A stretch of DNA of 64,000 bases, taken from IMG/VR virus record IMGVR_UViG_3300011339_000564, positions 14,318 to 78,317 of that record; one strand, written 5' to 3'. Numbering within the stretch: position 1 is the stretch's first letter; the number at the start of each line of letters is the position of its first letter. Below the pieces are notes generated by a model. That model had not been told where the DNA came from, did not search any database, and worked only from the letters and a program-made list of their open reading frames with translations. Positions 51,575-60,122 of the stretch are shown here, in pieces. Both the position numbers and the translations under genes were made by a program. This stretch comes from a virus (lineage: Duplodnaviria > Heunggongvirae > Uroviricota > Caudoviricetes).

Positions 51575-51839
51575 TTACTTTGATAAACATCGGTACAAGC
51601 CCAAATATGAGTTTATGGCTAGGGTAACCGGAATGCACGGAAAAATCAGATGGATTGGTAGTGTGGGTAATGACACTGTTATAAGTGAACAGCGTGGACC
51701 CGAATTACATATCCATCTAGATTTACCATTAAAGATTGACAATAGATACACAAATGTGTTAGTATGTACACATAAGGGCGTAACAAGATTAACTAATTTT
51801 GATGACGAGCCTTCAACAAAGAAAAGAAAAAAATTATGA
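51561..51839 (+). CDS. Hypothetical protein
   Basis: 92-aa ORF, overlap-coupled. Confidence 0.55.
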   Translation: MNLADYFDKHRYKPKYEFMARVTGMHGKIRWIGSVGNDTVISEQRGPELHIHLDLPLKIDNRYTNVLVCTHKGVTRLTNFDDEPSTKKRKKL

Positions 51840-52297
51840 CTAATAAAATACTAATTGCAAAACCAGTAGTACAGAACCAGTTCTGGATAGTAACAGACGG
51901 AAACGAAAAAGTCGGTAACGTATTAGCTGATGGTTCCGGGTTTGAAGTTAAACTGAATGGTAACAAAACTCATTTTAAAAATACAAATGCTATTGAGAAG
52001 CAAACTAAAATTGAATTCCAGAAGGTTAAGAAAGAAAAAGTTAAAAAAGATATTCCTTTCAGTGAATACCCAACAACTAAAAAGGTATATAATTCTATCT
52101 TAGATATCAAACGTAAGATTCACTTGTTTACAAAGACACCAAAAAGTAAGTGTTATTATGCCGCAGGATGGTATATTGTTAGTCAGGGTAGTGAACCTAC
52201 TATAGAATTTTGCCCTAAATATATCTTTATTCAGCGTTATGACTACGTTGGTCCATTTAAAACAGAAGATGAAGCAAAAGACTTGATAAATATCTAA
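51836..52297 (+). CDS. Hypothetical protein
   Basis: 153-aa ORF with ATGA overlap. Confidence 0.55.
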   Translation: MTNKILIAKPVVQNQFWIVTDGNEKVGNVLADGSGFEVKLNGNKTHFKNTNAIEKQTKIEFQKVKKEKVKKDIPFSEYPTTKKVYNSILDIKRKIHLFTKTPKSKCYYAAGWYIVSQGSEPTIEFCPKYIFIQRYDYVGPFKTEDEAKDLINI

Positions 52298-52494
52298 TGA
52301 TTCAAATTAAGCGGTTTATTGAGAGAGTATCGTTAATTGAGGGGCGCCAAGGTAAGGATGTGGTTATTCCAGTATCTGACGCTAGAGGCCTACGTGATGA
52401 ATTATCTAAGCTATTAGCAGACCACTATGAAATGAAAAAGGATTCCCCGAATGAGGTAATTCAAGTTCAAGTAACCGGGGGAACATTTAAATGA
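52297..52494 (+). CDS. Hypothetical protein
   Basis: 65-aa ORF with TAATG overlap. Confidence 0.5.
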   Translation: MIQIKRFIERVSLIEGRQGKDVVIPVSDARGLRDELSKLLADHYEMKKDSPNEVIQVQVTGGTFK

Positions 52495-52784
52495 GTAGAA
52501 CACAACCAAAAGTCTTACTAGAATTAGTAGATAAAGTAACATACAAGTGCGATCAGATTGTTGAAGCAAGTGGCATCTGGGCTGTATTCTATGATGGACA
52601 ACCAATTAATCTAAAATCACAACATTACTTAGATAACGAGGCTACACCCAAGTATAAGAAGACAAGTTTTAGTAATCCCGGTCACGCAAGAAACTTATGT
52701 AGAAAATTAAACGCACAATTTAAATCTGATAAATTTACTGTCGTGTTTATGAATAATGGTACTATTGTGTACCCCAATGAGTGA
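52491..52784 (+). CDS. Hypothetical protein
   Basis: 97-aa ORF with ATGA overlap. Confidence 0.55.
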   Translation: MSRTQPKVLLELVDKVTYKCDQIVEASGIWAVFYDGQPINLKSQHYLDNEATPKYKKTSFSNPGHARNLCRKLNAQFKSDKFTVVFMNNGTIVYPNE

Positions 52785-53169
52785 TAGCAAATCAAATAAG
52801 CAACGTATCACTGAGGCTGTACTTAAACAGTTGCCGCCCACAGATCAACCTATAGATAAAATAATTAACGAATGGTGGTTCACTAGATCCAGTGAGGGAC
52901 TACGATTATCTGCCATTGGTGATTTAAGTTTTCGTCACGCACAAATAGAATTCTTTAATCTCCCATTAAAAATTACTCAGGACAATTGGCATAAGTTTAT
53001 AGTTGATTGTAGTAAGAAGATTAAATGTCCATATTACTTTGGTGTCAATAAAAATGAATTAAAAGAAAAAGAGGCATACATAAGATTGTATGACAGTAAA
53101 ATTGCTATGATGATACAATTATATGGGGATATACACAGTTATTTAGAATCAGTAAAGGCAAGAAAATGA
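52777..53169 (+). CDS. Hypothetical protein
   Basis: The ATG at 52777 (MSDSKSNKQ...) is preferred over the upstream non-ATG start at 52756. Confidence 0.5.
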   Translation: MSDSKSNKQRITEAVLKQLPPTDQPIDKIINEWWFTRSSEGLRLSAIGDLSFRHAQIEFFNLPLKITQDNWHKFIVDCSKKIKCPYYFGVNKNELKEKEAYIRLYDSKIAMMIQLYGDIHSYLESVKARK

Positions 53170-53333
53170 CAGAAGAAAAGAAAAGTAAAAATCCGTTTAT
53201 TAATTTAGCTAATGCCGCTAAGAAAGATAGTAAGCATCCTGGATTAGGTAAAGCTCCTAAATCACAAGGACCTAAACCAACTAAGGGTAACGGTGGTGCA
53301 ACGGTTGTTCGTAGAAGCGGTCGCGGTGGTTAA
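53166..53333 (+). CDS. Small basic Gly/Lys-rich protein (55 aa, below the track cutoff)
   Basis: ATGA overlap. Translation MTEEKKSKNPFINLANAAKKDSKHPGLGKAPKSQGPKPTKGNGGATVVRRSGRGG. Confidence 0.45.
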   Translation: MTEEKKSKNPFINLANAAKKDSKHPGLGKAPKSQGPKPTKGNGGATVVRRSGRGG

Positions 53334-53818
53334 TACCATCTACCTTCATTACGCATACGTTTAATGAGAGTTAGATAAGTGCTACATACACCATAGCATT
53401 TTAATTGCACAGTACTAAACAAACTACGGTCATCTATTTCGGGAAGAAAGATAATACTAGTATTGTTTATAGCAACAGTACCCGGAGTGATTAGTTTCCC
53501 ACTACTTGTAGTAACTGGGGTACTCTCAGTAGCATCGGGAAACCAAAAGTAATTAGGATATAATTTACTCGGTTGAGTAGTTAACCAAGTTTGCATGTCT
53601 GTATTTCTAGCGTTGATCCAAAAACGTACACCTTGTAGATATTTTTCGGTCACTTCAGTAGTTGGTTCAAAACTACCCAAATATAGTTTTCCATCTACTC
53701 TCCAAACATCTACCATGCAGGAATATCCGGCGTTGAATGCTTTTCCTATTTGTGCTGGGGTATTAGCATCTTCAAAATTTTGGCTATCAAAGATACCCTG
53801 GTAAGATATATATAACAT
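53330..53818 (-). CDS. Hypothetical protein (weak GDPD/PLC-like pattern)
   Basis: 162-aa isolated minus-strand ORF. ANTPAQIGKAFNAGYSCMVDVWRVDGKLYLG loosely recalls ENT..af..A...G...iE.Dv....dg, but the catalytic residues are not evident. Confidence 0.45.
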   Translation of the reverse strand: MLYISYQGIFDSQNFEDANTPAQIGKAFNAGYSCMVDVWRVDGKLYLGSFEPTTEVTEKYLQGVRFWINARNTDMQTWLTTQPSKLYPNYFWFPDATESTPVTTSSGKLITPGTVAINNTSIIFLPEIDDRSLFSTVQLKCYGVCSTYLTLIKRMRNEGRWY

Positions 53819-53916
53819 AATATGTATTTATGTCAACGGAATACATAGCTGCCGCGTTATATATATGTAGACACAAAAAATGTTGTTCTACTTTCATTAA
53901 CATAAAGGAAATCAAA

Positions 53917-54237
53917 ATGAAACAACTTATCGCTCTATTTGCCGCTGTTGCAGTTGGCACCGCTTTTGCTCAAGCTCCTGCTAAAAAGGAAGAAGCCAAG
54001 CCAGCCGCGGCTGCTCCTGCTAAAAAGGAAGAAGCCAAGCCAGCCGCGGCTGCTCCTGCTCCAGCTAAAGCAACAGCGCCGGCTGCACCTGCTAAAGCAG
54101 AAGCACCAAAAGAAGAAATGAAATTAGCTAAGAAGAAAGAAGACAAAAAAGCTGATGCCACTAAAAGTGAAGCAAAGCCTGCTAGTCCAGCGCCAGCAAA
54201 AGCTGACGATAAAAAAGCCGAAGCTCCTAAGAAGTAA
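53917..54237 (+). CDS. Secreted Lys/Ala/Pro-rich repeat protein
   Basis: Start set at the ATG at 53917 behind AAGGAA. Signal peptide MKQLIALFAAVAVGTAFAQ followed by APAKKEEAKPAAA repeats. Confidence 0.6.
   Translation: MKQLIALFAAVAVGTAFAQAPAKKEEAKPAAAAPAKKEEAKPAAAAPAPAKATAPAAPAKAEAPKEEMKLAKKKEDKKADATKSEAKPASPAPAKADDKKAEAPKK
53974..54060 (+). repeat. 39-bp perfect tandem repeat (2 full copies plus a 9-nt partial third) inside the CDS
   Basis: GCTCCTGCTAAAAAGGAAGAAGCCAAGCCAGCCGCGGCT at 53974-54012 and again at 54013-54051. Confidence 0.9.
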
Positions 54238-54520
54238 TCCATATAGGCTCACTGCAATTAGAATCTGGGGTTTCGATCCCAATAAGGTTCTAGTTGATGA
54301 TGAGGATATATTAGTTAATTCCCGTCGTATCATATTAAAGATTAAAACTTCTTTAGATAATGATGTGGAATTAACTGATTATGTCAAGTTAAGATTGTTT
54401 CTGGCCAGAGAAATGGCTATGTCAAAATATAGAGAAATCTATCAGACGGCATAAATATACATGAAGTTATGAGTTCTTCATAAAAACTCAATTTTTAAAC
54501 ACACACATAGGAGATATAAA

Positions 54521-54796
54521 ATGTTTAACACAGCAACTTACGCCTTTATTGACGGCGTTTCAGACTTCAAAAAGAAATTCGTAGAACAAACAGTTCAACA
54601 CGATGGCATCAAAACAGCATTAAACGGTTTTGTTGATGCACAATCAAAATACACAAAAGCAGCCGCAGATGCAGGAATGCAATCTATGATGGCTATGGGT
54701 ATGATTTTTAGTAGCAAAGAATTCTACACACAATTAGCTGACCAGTATAAAGCAATGGTTCCTGCTTTCAACGCTAAAAAAGCTAAGGCTAAGTAA
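54521..54796 (+). CDS. Hypothetical protein
   Basis: 91-aa ORF with a GGAG RBS and an Ala/Lys tail. Confidence 0.55.
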   Translation: MFNTATYAFIDGVSDFKKKFVEQTVQHDGIKTALNGFVDAQSKYTKAAADAGMQSMMAMGMIFSSKEFYTQLADQYKAMVPAFNAKKAKAK

Positions 54797-54798
54797 TT

Positions 54799-54963
54799 AT
54801 GAAACTTTTAGGAATGCTAATAGCGTTCCTAGGTTTCTCTACAGACACCTACGGAACTGAGTTGGAAAAATATATAGTCGGCCGAAATCCACAAGATGTA
54901 GGTGACATTGAACGATTAACATACGAGTTCCATCGCAAACAATCTGATTGGAGATTTCTATGA
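54799..54963 (+). CDS. Small hypothetical protein (54 aa, below the track cutoff)
   Basis: Translation MKLLGMLIAFLGFSTDTYGTELEKYIVGRNPQ..., starting 2 nt after the upstream stop. Confidence 0.35.
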   Translation: MKLLGMLIAFLGFSTDTYGTELEKYIVGRNPQDVGDIERLTYEFHRKQSDWRFL

Positions 54964-55169
54964 ACACACTTAAACAACTTTTTAACAGCCTACTAGAGGC
55001 AATACAATCTATCAAAGACTACAAAGCGAGTAAAATGAAATGAATCAATGGCAACCTATGACTGACGAAGATTGGGAATGGGTTAATCATGGTACATTAC
55101 CAAAACCGGTTGACATCCCAGTCAAAACAAACTATAATTAACACACATACACTTTTTTAAGGAAATAAA

Positions 55170-55445
55170 ATGACAGACTTTACACCAAAATTGCCAGAAG
55201 TTAAATTTAACAAAAATGGCTACGAACTACGTACAGATATTTTAGCTATGGCTAAAGATGTTGTTCAACAAGAATATCAAATGAAATTTCAAGGTTGGGA
55301 ACTAACAGCAAAACGTGATGAGAAAACAGGTCAACTAGTAACAACAGTTGGTATGCCTGAGTTTCCAGGTCTAGATAAGGTCCTTGAAACTGCTGAAAAA
55401 ATGTACGGCTTTGTAAATCAAGGTCAAACACAATCTAAGAAGTAA
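55170..55445 (+). CDS. Hypothetical protein
   Basis: 91-aa ORF with an AAGGAAA RBS. Confidence 0.6.
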   Translation: MTDFTPKLPEVKFNKNGYELRTDILAMAKDVVQQEYQMKFQGWELTAKRDEKTGQLVTTVGMPEFPGLDKVLETAEKMYGFVNQGQTQSKK

Positions 55446-55455
55446 TTCTTAACAT

Positions 55456-55480
55456 GAAGGCTCTTTGTGAGCCTTCCTTT
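55456..55480 (+). terminator. Hairpin terminator candidate
   Basis: GAAGGCTC-TTTGT-GAGCCTTC (8-bp stem) followed by CTTT. The ATG at 55454 used by the track lies inside this stem. Confidence 0.45.
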
Positions 55481-55485
55481 ACGGC

Positions 55486-55493
55486 TATAAATA
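55486..55493 (+). promoter_or_regulatory. TATAAATA (exact T4 late promoter consensus octamer)
   Basis: Located 5 nt upstream of the ATG at 55499. Confidence 0.3.
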
Positions 55494-55498
55494 ATTTT

Positions 55499-56122
55499 AT
55501 GAAATATCATATTTTAGGAAGACCGGGCGGAAGCAGACCACTAGTATCAACTATTTTTAATATGATGGGATACAATTCGTATTACGGCTCTTTAGATAAA
55601 CCCAATGACAATGATACAGCAATATTAATAACATATCAATACGATATGTTCGCATGGGTAATGACCTCTAGATACGTTGAAGATATATTATACAATTATA
55701 ATTTAGGTAATAAAGAAAACTTTAATCATTGGCTTACTCACTATGTGGGTCCAGGCACACCGTCAACCCCAGATGATATCAGCATGAGTGATTGGGCGGC
55801 GCACGTAGTGAACAGTTATAAACACATAGGAATGTTTGCTCCTTTAAACGGTATCTATGAAGATTTAGAATTATATTGTAAAGATTCAAAATGTATGCGA
55901 CACGAATTGCCGTTAGAATTAATTGTAGATAGTCCAAATCAGGCTATAATTAGGATAGAAGAAATTACAGAAAAAGTTATGGATCAACAAATTAAGAATT
56001 TTTTCTTAAAAGAAGTTGAGAAACAAAAAATATTACTTTCTCCATGGATGGATGATTACTATAAAGCAAAAGAAAAATCCACAGACAGTTATCTGTGGCT
56101 TAAAAAGCAATCCTCAATTTGA
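55499..56122 (+). CDS. Hypothetical protein
   Basis: Start moved to the ATG at 55499 (MKYHILGRPGGS...), downstream of the hairpin. Confidence 0.5.
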   Translation: MKYHILGRPGGSRPLVSTIFNMMGYNSYYGSLDKPNDNDTAILITYQYDMFAWVMTSRYVEDILYNYNLGNKENFNHWLTHYVGPGTPSTPDDISMSDWAAHVVNSYKHIGMFAPLNGIYEDLELYCKDSKCMRHELPLELIVDSPNQAIIRIEEITEKVMDQQIKNFFLKEVEKQKILLSPWMDDYYKAKEKSTDSYLWLKKQSSI

Positions 56123-56147
56123 CATAAATTCCAAATAGTGTTACAAT
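56119..56147 (+). promoter_or_regulatory. sigma70-type promoter TTGACA-17-TGtTACAAT; leaderless transcript predicted
   Basis: The -35 at 56119-56124 contains the upstream stop TGA (56120-56122). The -10 is at 56142-56147 and the ATG at 56154 follows 6 nt later. Confidence 0.55.
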
Positions 56148-56153
56148 AAGGGT

Positions 56154-57455
56154 ATGAAAAAATTTATACTCATACTATCTATTGTTCTATCCGGTTGTGG
56201 GGGCGGTGGTGGCACCAGTACTGGCGATAGTTCGCAGGCAGTATCAGTAAAATCAACGTGTACCCTTGCTGTAAATTCAAATACAGTTCCACAATCATAT
56301 TATGGCACTAATTCAATACCCACACCATTATCAAAATTTGATAATACTATTCTAAGAGGTATTGGTCTTAAAGATTATCATCCTAGATTTAATCTGGCAA
56401 ATACAAATTGCACTCAAGATGAACATTCCAGATTACTATATCAAAAAACACTAGACAGATTAAAACTATTAAACGTAGATTATGTTGAAGTATATCAATA
56501 TGGCCCGGTAGTTGATTTTAATGCTACTACTTGGGTAGTAGATAAATCTACATGGCAAATACCAGAAAGTGAATTGATCTGGTTTATTAAAGAGGCTAAT
56601 AGTAGAAACATTAAAGTAAATATTATTTGGCAATTATGGCCAACTGATAGTAAAGGTAATACTATAAATTCAAGTTATGATATGTCAGAAGCGGAAATGT
56701 TAAAAGTATTGCGGGGATGGCATAATATTATTGTAGATTTAGCTAAGTTTGGTGGTAGTAATGGTTTGAATATATTAACCGTACATTGGAATGCATTTCA
56801 TTTTCCAGTAACTAACAAATATAAAGAATCTGCCACCTTAGAATTTTTATCAATCATTAATGATGTGCGACAACATTTTAATGGTAAATTATTTATGGGA
56901 GCATCGCCTGTATTTTTTGATAAGAGAATTGTTGAAAAGGTCGATGGTATTATTATTCCATTAACTCCTAGTAATTGGTCTAGAAATGATGATATTAATA
57001 TATCTGTCAGTTTGTTAAAAAGCCGATATTTAGATAATATATTAGGAAAAGCATTAGAACTTTCTATGGCTACTGGATTAGATTTAAAAAGTATTCCGGT
57101 TATCTGGGATTTTAATATTCAGAGCAGAGATAAAGCATTGAGTGAAGGTTGGGTAGAAGATGGATTTTGTATTAAAGAAGGTGGCGATGGTGCCCCTGTA
57201 AGTTGGGGTAATCCTGAATGTGCCAAACAAATGAATTATATAACCGATTTTAGTATTCAAGCATTAGCTATTGAAGGTGCATTTCAGGCTATTAAAGAAC
57301 AAACATTAATTAAAACATATGGTATTAACTTTAGTACTAGTTATTGGCATACTGATACGTTAGTACCCGGGCAAGAAGGCTTTCCCAACTTGTCGCAATC
57401 TATTCGAGGAAAACCTGCTGAGAATGTAGTCAAACATTGGTTCTCCAAAAATTGA
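56154..57455 (+). CDS. Lipoprotein, possible TIM-barrel glycoside hydrolase-like
   Basis: Lipobox LSGC followed by a GGGGG linker. 433 aa. The enzymatic assignment is not supported by a clear motif. Confidence 0.6.
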   Translation: MKKFILILSIVLSGCGGGGGTSTGDSSQAVSVKSTCTLAVNSNTVPQSYYGTNSIPTPLSKFDNTILRGIGLKDYHPRFNLANTNCTQDEHSRLLYQKTLDRLKLLNVDYVEVYQYGPVVDFNATTWVVDKSTWQIPESELIWFIKEANSRNIKVNIIWQLWPTDSKGNTINSSYDMSEAEMLKVLRGWHNIIVDLAKFGGSNGLNILTVHWNAFHFPVTNKYKESATLEFLSIINDVRQHFNGKLFMGASPVFFDKRIVEKVDGIIIPLTPSNWSRNDDINISVSLLKSRYLDNILGKALELSMATGLDLKSIPVIWDFNIQSRDKALSEGWVEDGFCIKEGGDGAPVSWGNPECAKQMNYITDFSIQALAIEGAFQAIKEQTLIKTYGINFSTSYWHTDTLVPGQEGFPNLSQSIRGKPAENVVKHWFSKN

Positions 57456-57480
57456 CAATAAATGGGTATTGTGCTATAAT
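57452..57480 (+). promoter_or_regulatory. sigma70-type promoter TTGACA-17-TGcTATAAT
   Basis: The -35 at 57452-57457 contains the upstream stop TGA (57453-57455). The -10 is at 57475-57480. Confidence 0.6.
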
Positions 57481-57512
57481 AGAATCTTAAACAGTAAAGA
57501 AAAGGAAACGAA

Positions 57513-57785
57513 ATGTCAGCACTCACAGAATACACATTGGAAATTTACAAAACTGACAAGCGTACCAAAGAAGGTAAGCGTTTGGTTTCAAAGCAAGATT
57601 TTGCACCAGTAACAGTAGACTACATTAATGCCGTTGCAGACGGTAAGCGTAGGTTGGGTTTTGTTGTTGAAGTGTTCGAAACCTTTGTTACCCGCAAAAA
57701 CTTGATGGCAGGTAAGTCATTCCAAGAACGTTATGACACCCCTTACTTTTGTTCACCAAGTTCCGAATCTTACTGGTCAATGTAA
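57513..57785 (+). CDS. Hypothetical small protein (early-gene cassette 1)
   Basis: 90-aa ORF with an AAGGAAA RBS. Confidence 0.6.
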   Translation: MSALTEYTLEIYKTDKRTKEGKRLVSKQDFAPVTVDYINAVADGKRRLGFVVEVFETFVTRKNLMAGKSFQERYDTPYFCSPSSESYWSM

Positions 57786-57788
57786 AGG

Positions 57789-57817
57789 TTGACAGTAATT
57801 GGATTTGGGTATATAAT
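57789..57817 (+). promoter_or_regulatory. sigma70-type promoter TTGACA-17-TATAAT
   Basis: TTGACA at 57789-57794 and TATAAT at 57812-57817. Confidence 0.6.
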
Positions 57818-57848
57818 ACTTGTATTGACTTGATTAAAGGACTACAAA

Positions 57849-58115
57849 ATGGCTAAGAAAATCTCTATCAAAGTGTTTGCAGACCCCGGACATGCTTGGG
57901 CACGTTTTCCCAAAGCAAAATTGGTCAGTCTCGGTATTGCTGACAAAATTAGTACTTATAGTTACATGAATGGTTCCAATGCATTCTTGGAAGAGGACTG
58001 TGATTTGTCTGTATTGCTGGTTGCTCTCCGTAATCGTGGCTATGAGATTAAATTTAACGAAAGTCACACAAACCGTCAAAGCAAAATCCGCAATTATTTT
58101 ACCTACAAGGCTTGA
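57849..58115 (+). CDS. Hypothetical small protein (early-gene cassette 2)
   Basis: 88-aa ORF. Confidence 0.6.
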   Translation: MAKKISIKVFADPGHAWARFPKAKLVSLGIADKISTYSYMNGSNAFLEEDCDLSVLLVALRNRGYEIKFNESHTNRQSKIRNYFTYKA

Positions 58116-58140
58116 CAATAAATCACTTTGGGTATATAAT
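58112..58140 (+). promoter_or_regulatory. sigma70-type promoter TTGACA-17-TATAAT
   Basis: The -35 at 58112-58117 contains the upstream stop TGA (58113-58115). The -10 is at 58135-58140. Confidence 0.6.
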
Positions 58141-58174
58141 AGAGTCTTATTCAGTCAAACAACAGGAGTTAAAA

Positions 58175-58378
58175 ATGGGTCTCGAAAAAGACGTTCTCGC
58201 TAAGGTTGCTAGTGTTATCGGTGATGACAAATCTGCCGCGTTTGAATATGGTACTTTGTTTGTTATGTGTGAAGAAAGTCAGGCCCGTTCAGTGTTTCAC
58301 AAACTGAGCAAAGACTACGGTTTTGGTAAAGTACGTGTTTCTAAAACCCCCTTTGAATATGCTTTTGATTTTGTTTAA
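58175..58378 (+). CDS. Hypothetical small protein (early-gene cassette 3)
   Basis: Start at the ATG at 58175 behind AGGAG. The track start at 58112 lies inside the promoter. Confidence 0.55.
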   Translation: MGLEKDVLAKVASVIGDDKSAAFEYGTLFVMCEESQARSVFHKLSKDYGFGKVRVSKTPFEYAFDFV

Positions 58379-58387
58379 GGAGTAATC

Positions 58388-59041
58388 ATGGCTCGCTATC
58401 AAAAACCCGTTCTCAATATCCCTGCTGAAAACGTCTGGGGTGCGGCATGTCAGGCACAACGCATTAACGGTGCCTATGTTAAACTGAGTGTGTTGACAGA
58501 GGCTGACAAGACAGAGAACAAATTGTCCAATCGTCAACTGGTCGAAAGTTTCATGGTTGACCCTAGCTTGATTACCGAAGAAGATATGGAGCAAGGTAAA
58601 AAAGTTCGTGCATTTTATCAGGCATTCACTTTCAAAATCTTGCAAGGCAAACGATTGAATGAATTTGACAACACCGCAATGTTGCTTGCCAATCGTGATG
58701 TTATTACTGGTAGTTATGATGTTGCGGTTATTGCTAGTTTGCCAAGTTGCTATGAGCGTGGTATGAAACGTCAAACAGCAGACCAACGTGTTAATTTTGC
58801 TAGCGGTGGATTTGTGGGTTCAGTTGGTGATAAAGTTTCAACTACTATTGAAGTATTGAAATCTGTATTCTCAATGAAATGGGGCACACACTATGTTACC
58901 GGCATCACTAGTGATGACCAAGTAGTGTTCTTTGCTTACAAAAGTGAATTACCAATTGGTAAGATATATGATATTTATGGTACTGTTAAAGCACACCGAG
59001 ATAACACTACCCAACTTAATCGTGTAAAGGTTATTGTATGA
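58388..59041 (+). CDS. Hypothetical protein
   Basis: 217-aa ORF with a GGAG RBS. Confidence 0.6.
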   Translation: MARYQKPVLNIPAENVWGAACQAQRINGAYVKLSVLTEADKTENKLSNRQLVESFMVDPSLITEEDMEQGKKVRAFYQAFTFKILQGKRLNEFDNTAMLLANRDVITGSYDVAVIASLPSCYERGMKRQTADQRVNFASGGFVGSVGDKVSTTIEVLKSVFSMKWGTHYVTGITSDDQVVFFAYKSELPIGKIYDIYGTVKAHRDNTTQLNRVKVIV

Positions 59042-59325
59042 ACGAACGAATTCGACAACTGGCTCTACAGGCTGATGAATATGCTGAACAAACTGTTCAT
59101 TATTATATGGGTCAGTTTGATGGATTGACTTGGGAAGGCAAAATCAAACAAACAAGAGATACAAAGTTCGCCGAGTTGATTGTTAGGGAATGTATTGACA
59201 AGATTACAACTTATGATTTGGTTCCAGGTCATTCAGCCAAATGGGAAGATATCTACGATATCCATACTAGGCTGCTACAAGACTTAGGTGAAGAATTGAA
59301 AGAACATTTCGGAGTTGAAGAATGA
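59038..59325 (+). CDS. Member of the small 'FAELIVREC...HFGVEE' paralog family
   Basis: MNERIRQLALQADEY...KFAELIVRECIDK...KEHFGVEE. Confidence 0.65.
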   Translation: MNERIRQLALQADEYAEQTVHYYMGQFDGLTWEGKIKQTRDTKFAELIVRECIDKITTYDLVPGHSAKWEDIYDIHTRLLQDLGEELKEHFGVEE

Positions 59326-59549
59326 ATACAGAATTGATTCAGAAATTGAAGTCACAATGTATCTTCCGTGAAATGCGTGGTACTACTGCGTTTAACAGTT
59401 ATATGGTAGATCGGTTTGATAGTGAAAAGTTTGCAGAACTGATTGTACGAGAGTGTGACCGTTATGCCCGTAGTGTATGGGAACATGGTCCATTGTTAGG
59501 TAAGGATTTGTTAATACATTTTGGAATTGAGGAGATGAGTGATGAGTAA
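59322..59549 (+). CDS. Member of the small 'FAELIVREC...HFGVEE' paralog family
   Basis: MNTELIQKLKSQC...KFAELIVRECDRY...IHFGIEE. Confidence 0.6.
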   Translation: MNTELIQKLKSQCIFREMRGTTAFNSYMVDRFDSEKFAELIVRECDRYARSVWEHGPLLGKDLLIHFGIEEMSDE

Positions 59550-59670
59550 ATTAATTATTGGTTTTATTCTTGGTATTGTTGTATCAACGGTTGGCTTTAG
59601 TGGCATCGCTAGAATGGCTGATAAAGGCGTAGACAAGGTTAAAGAAGTAACCATCGAACAAGCAAAGTGA
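59542..59670 (+). CDS. Small membrane peptide (42 aa)
   Basis: Translation MSKLIIGFILGIVVSTVGFSGIARMADKG..., overlapping the upstream 3' end. Confidence 0.4.
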   Translation: MSKLIIGFILGIVVSTVGFSGIARMADKGVDKVKEVTIEQAK

Positions 59671-59699
59671 AATTTAAACGTAAACAGGTGGAGGATAAA

Positions 59700-60122
59700 A
59701 TGGGACTAGATATGTATGCTTATGTTGCCAGCAGAAAAGGTCAGTATGATGAATTCCATGAAAAGGCTGAATGGGATGAGACTATAAAAGATTTTACCTC
59801 TCCTATCAGTAAGCCATTGGAGATTGCTTATTGGCGTAAGCATCCTAACTTGCATGGTTGGATGGAACAACTATGGGAACGCAAAGGCAAACCCGGTGCA
59901 GGCCCTAAAGAAATATTCAATGGCATTGAATTGGAACTGACATGGGATGATTTGGATGAGCTTGAACGAGCTATTCTCCGTGGTCAACTCCCGGATACTC
60001 AAGGTTTCTTTTTTGGTAAACCAGCAGATAATCGTTATTATGAACAAGACCTAGAGTTTGTAGACAACGCTAAGGCGGAAGTGTTTTTGGGATTGAAAGT
60101 ATTTTACAACAGTAGTTGGTAA
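59700..60122 (+). CDS. Hypothetical protein
   Basis: Start at the ATG at 59700 behind GGTGGAGG (the track GTG at 59667 is less likely). Translation MGLDMYAYVASRKG...YWRKHPNLHGWM. Confidence 0.55.
   Translation: MGLDMYAYVASRKGQYDEFHEKAEWDETIKDFTSPISKPLEIAYWRKHPNLHGWMEQLWERKGKPGAGPKEIFNGIELELTWDDLDELERAILRGQLPDTQGFFFGKPADNRYYEQDLEFVDNAKAEVFLGLKVFYNSSW

Noticed and set aside
53822-53846. The inverted repeat ATGTATT-N11-AATACAT in the divergent region between 53818(-) and 53917(+), considered as an operator.
   Set aside because: It is a single 7-bp AT-rich inverted repeat, and no matching promoter hexamers could be placed around it. The evidence is insufficient.
53974-54060. Tandem repeats, considered as a CRISPR-like or VNTR array.
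   Set aside because: There are only two full 39-bp units with no spacers, they are in frame within a repeat-protein CDS, and no cas genes are present. It is a coding tandem duplication, not CRISPR.
54262-54285. A tRNA-like T-arm sequence (CTGGGGTTTCGATCCCAAT), considered as a possible tRNA gene, tRNA fragment or attP site.
   Set aside because: Only a 3-4 bp stem can form, the loop does not match TTCRANY in register, and no acceptor, D or anticodon arms could be built from the flanking sequence. No integrase is present in the window.
54960-55141. Very short ORFs between 54963 and 55170, for example a 27-aa MNTLKQLFNSLLEAIQSIKDYKASKMK and an overlapping roughly 30-aa ORF. Also the 28-aa ORF at 62787-62873.
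   Set aside because: They are too short and lack conserved features or a convincing RBS to call as genes from sequence alone. They may be real micro-ORFs, which would fit the tight coupling seen elsewhere, but they are unsupported.
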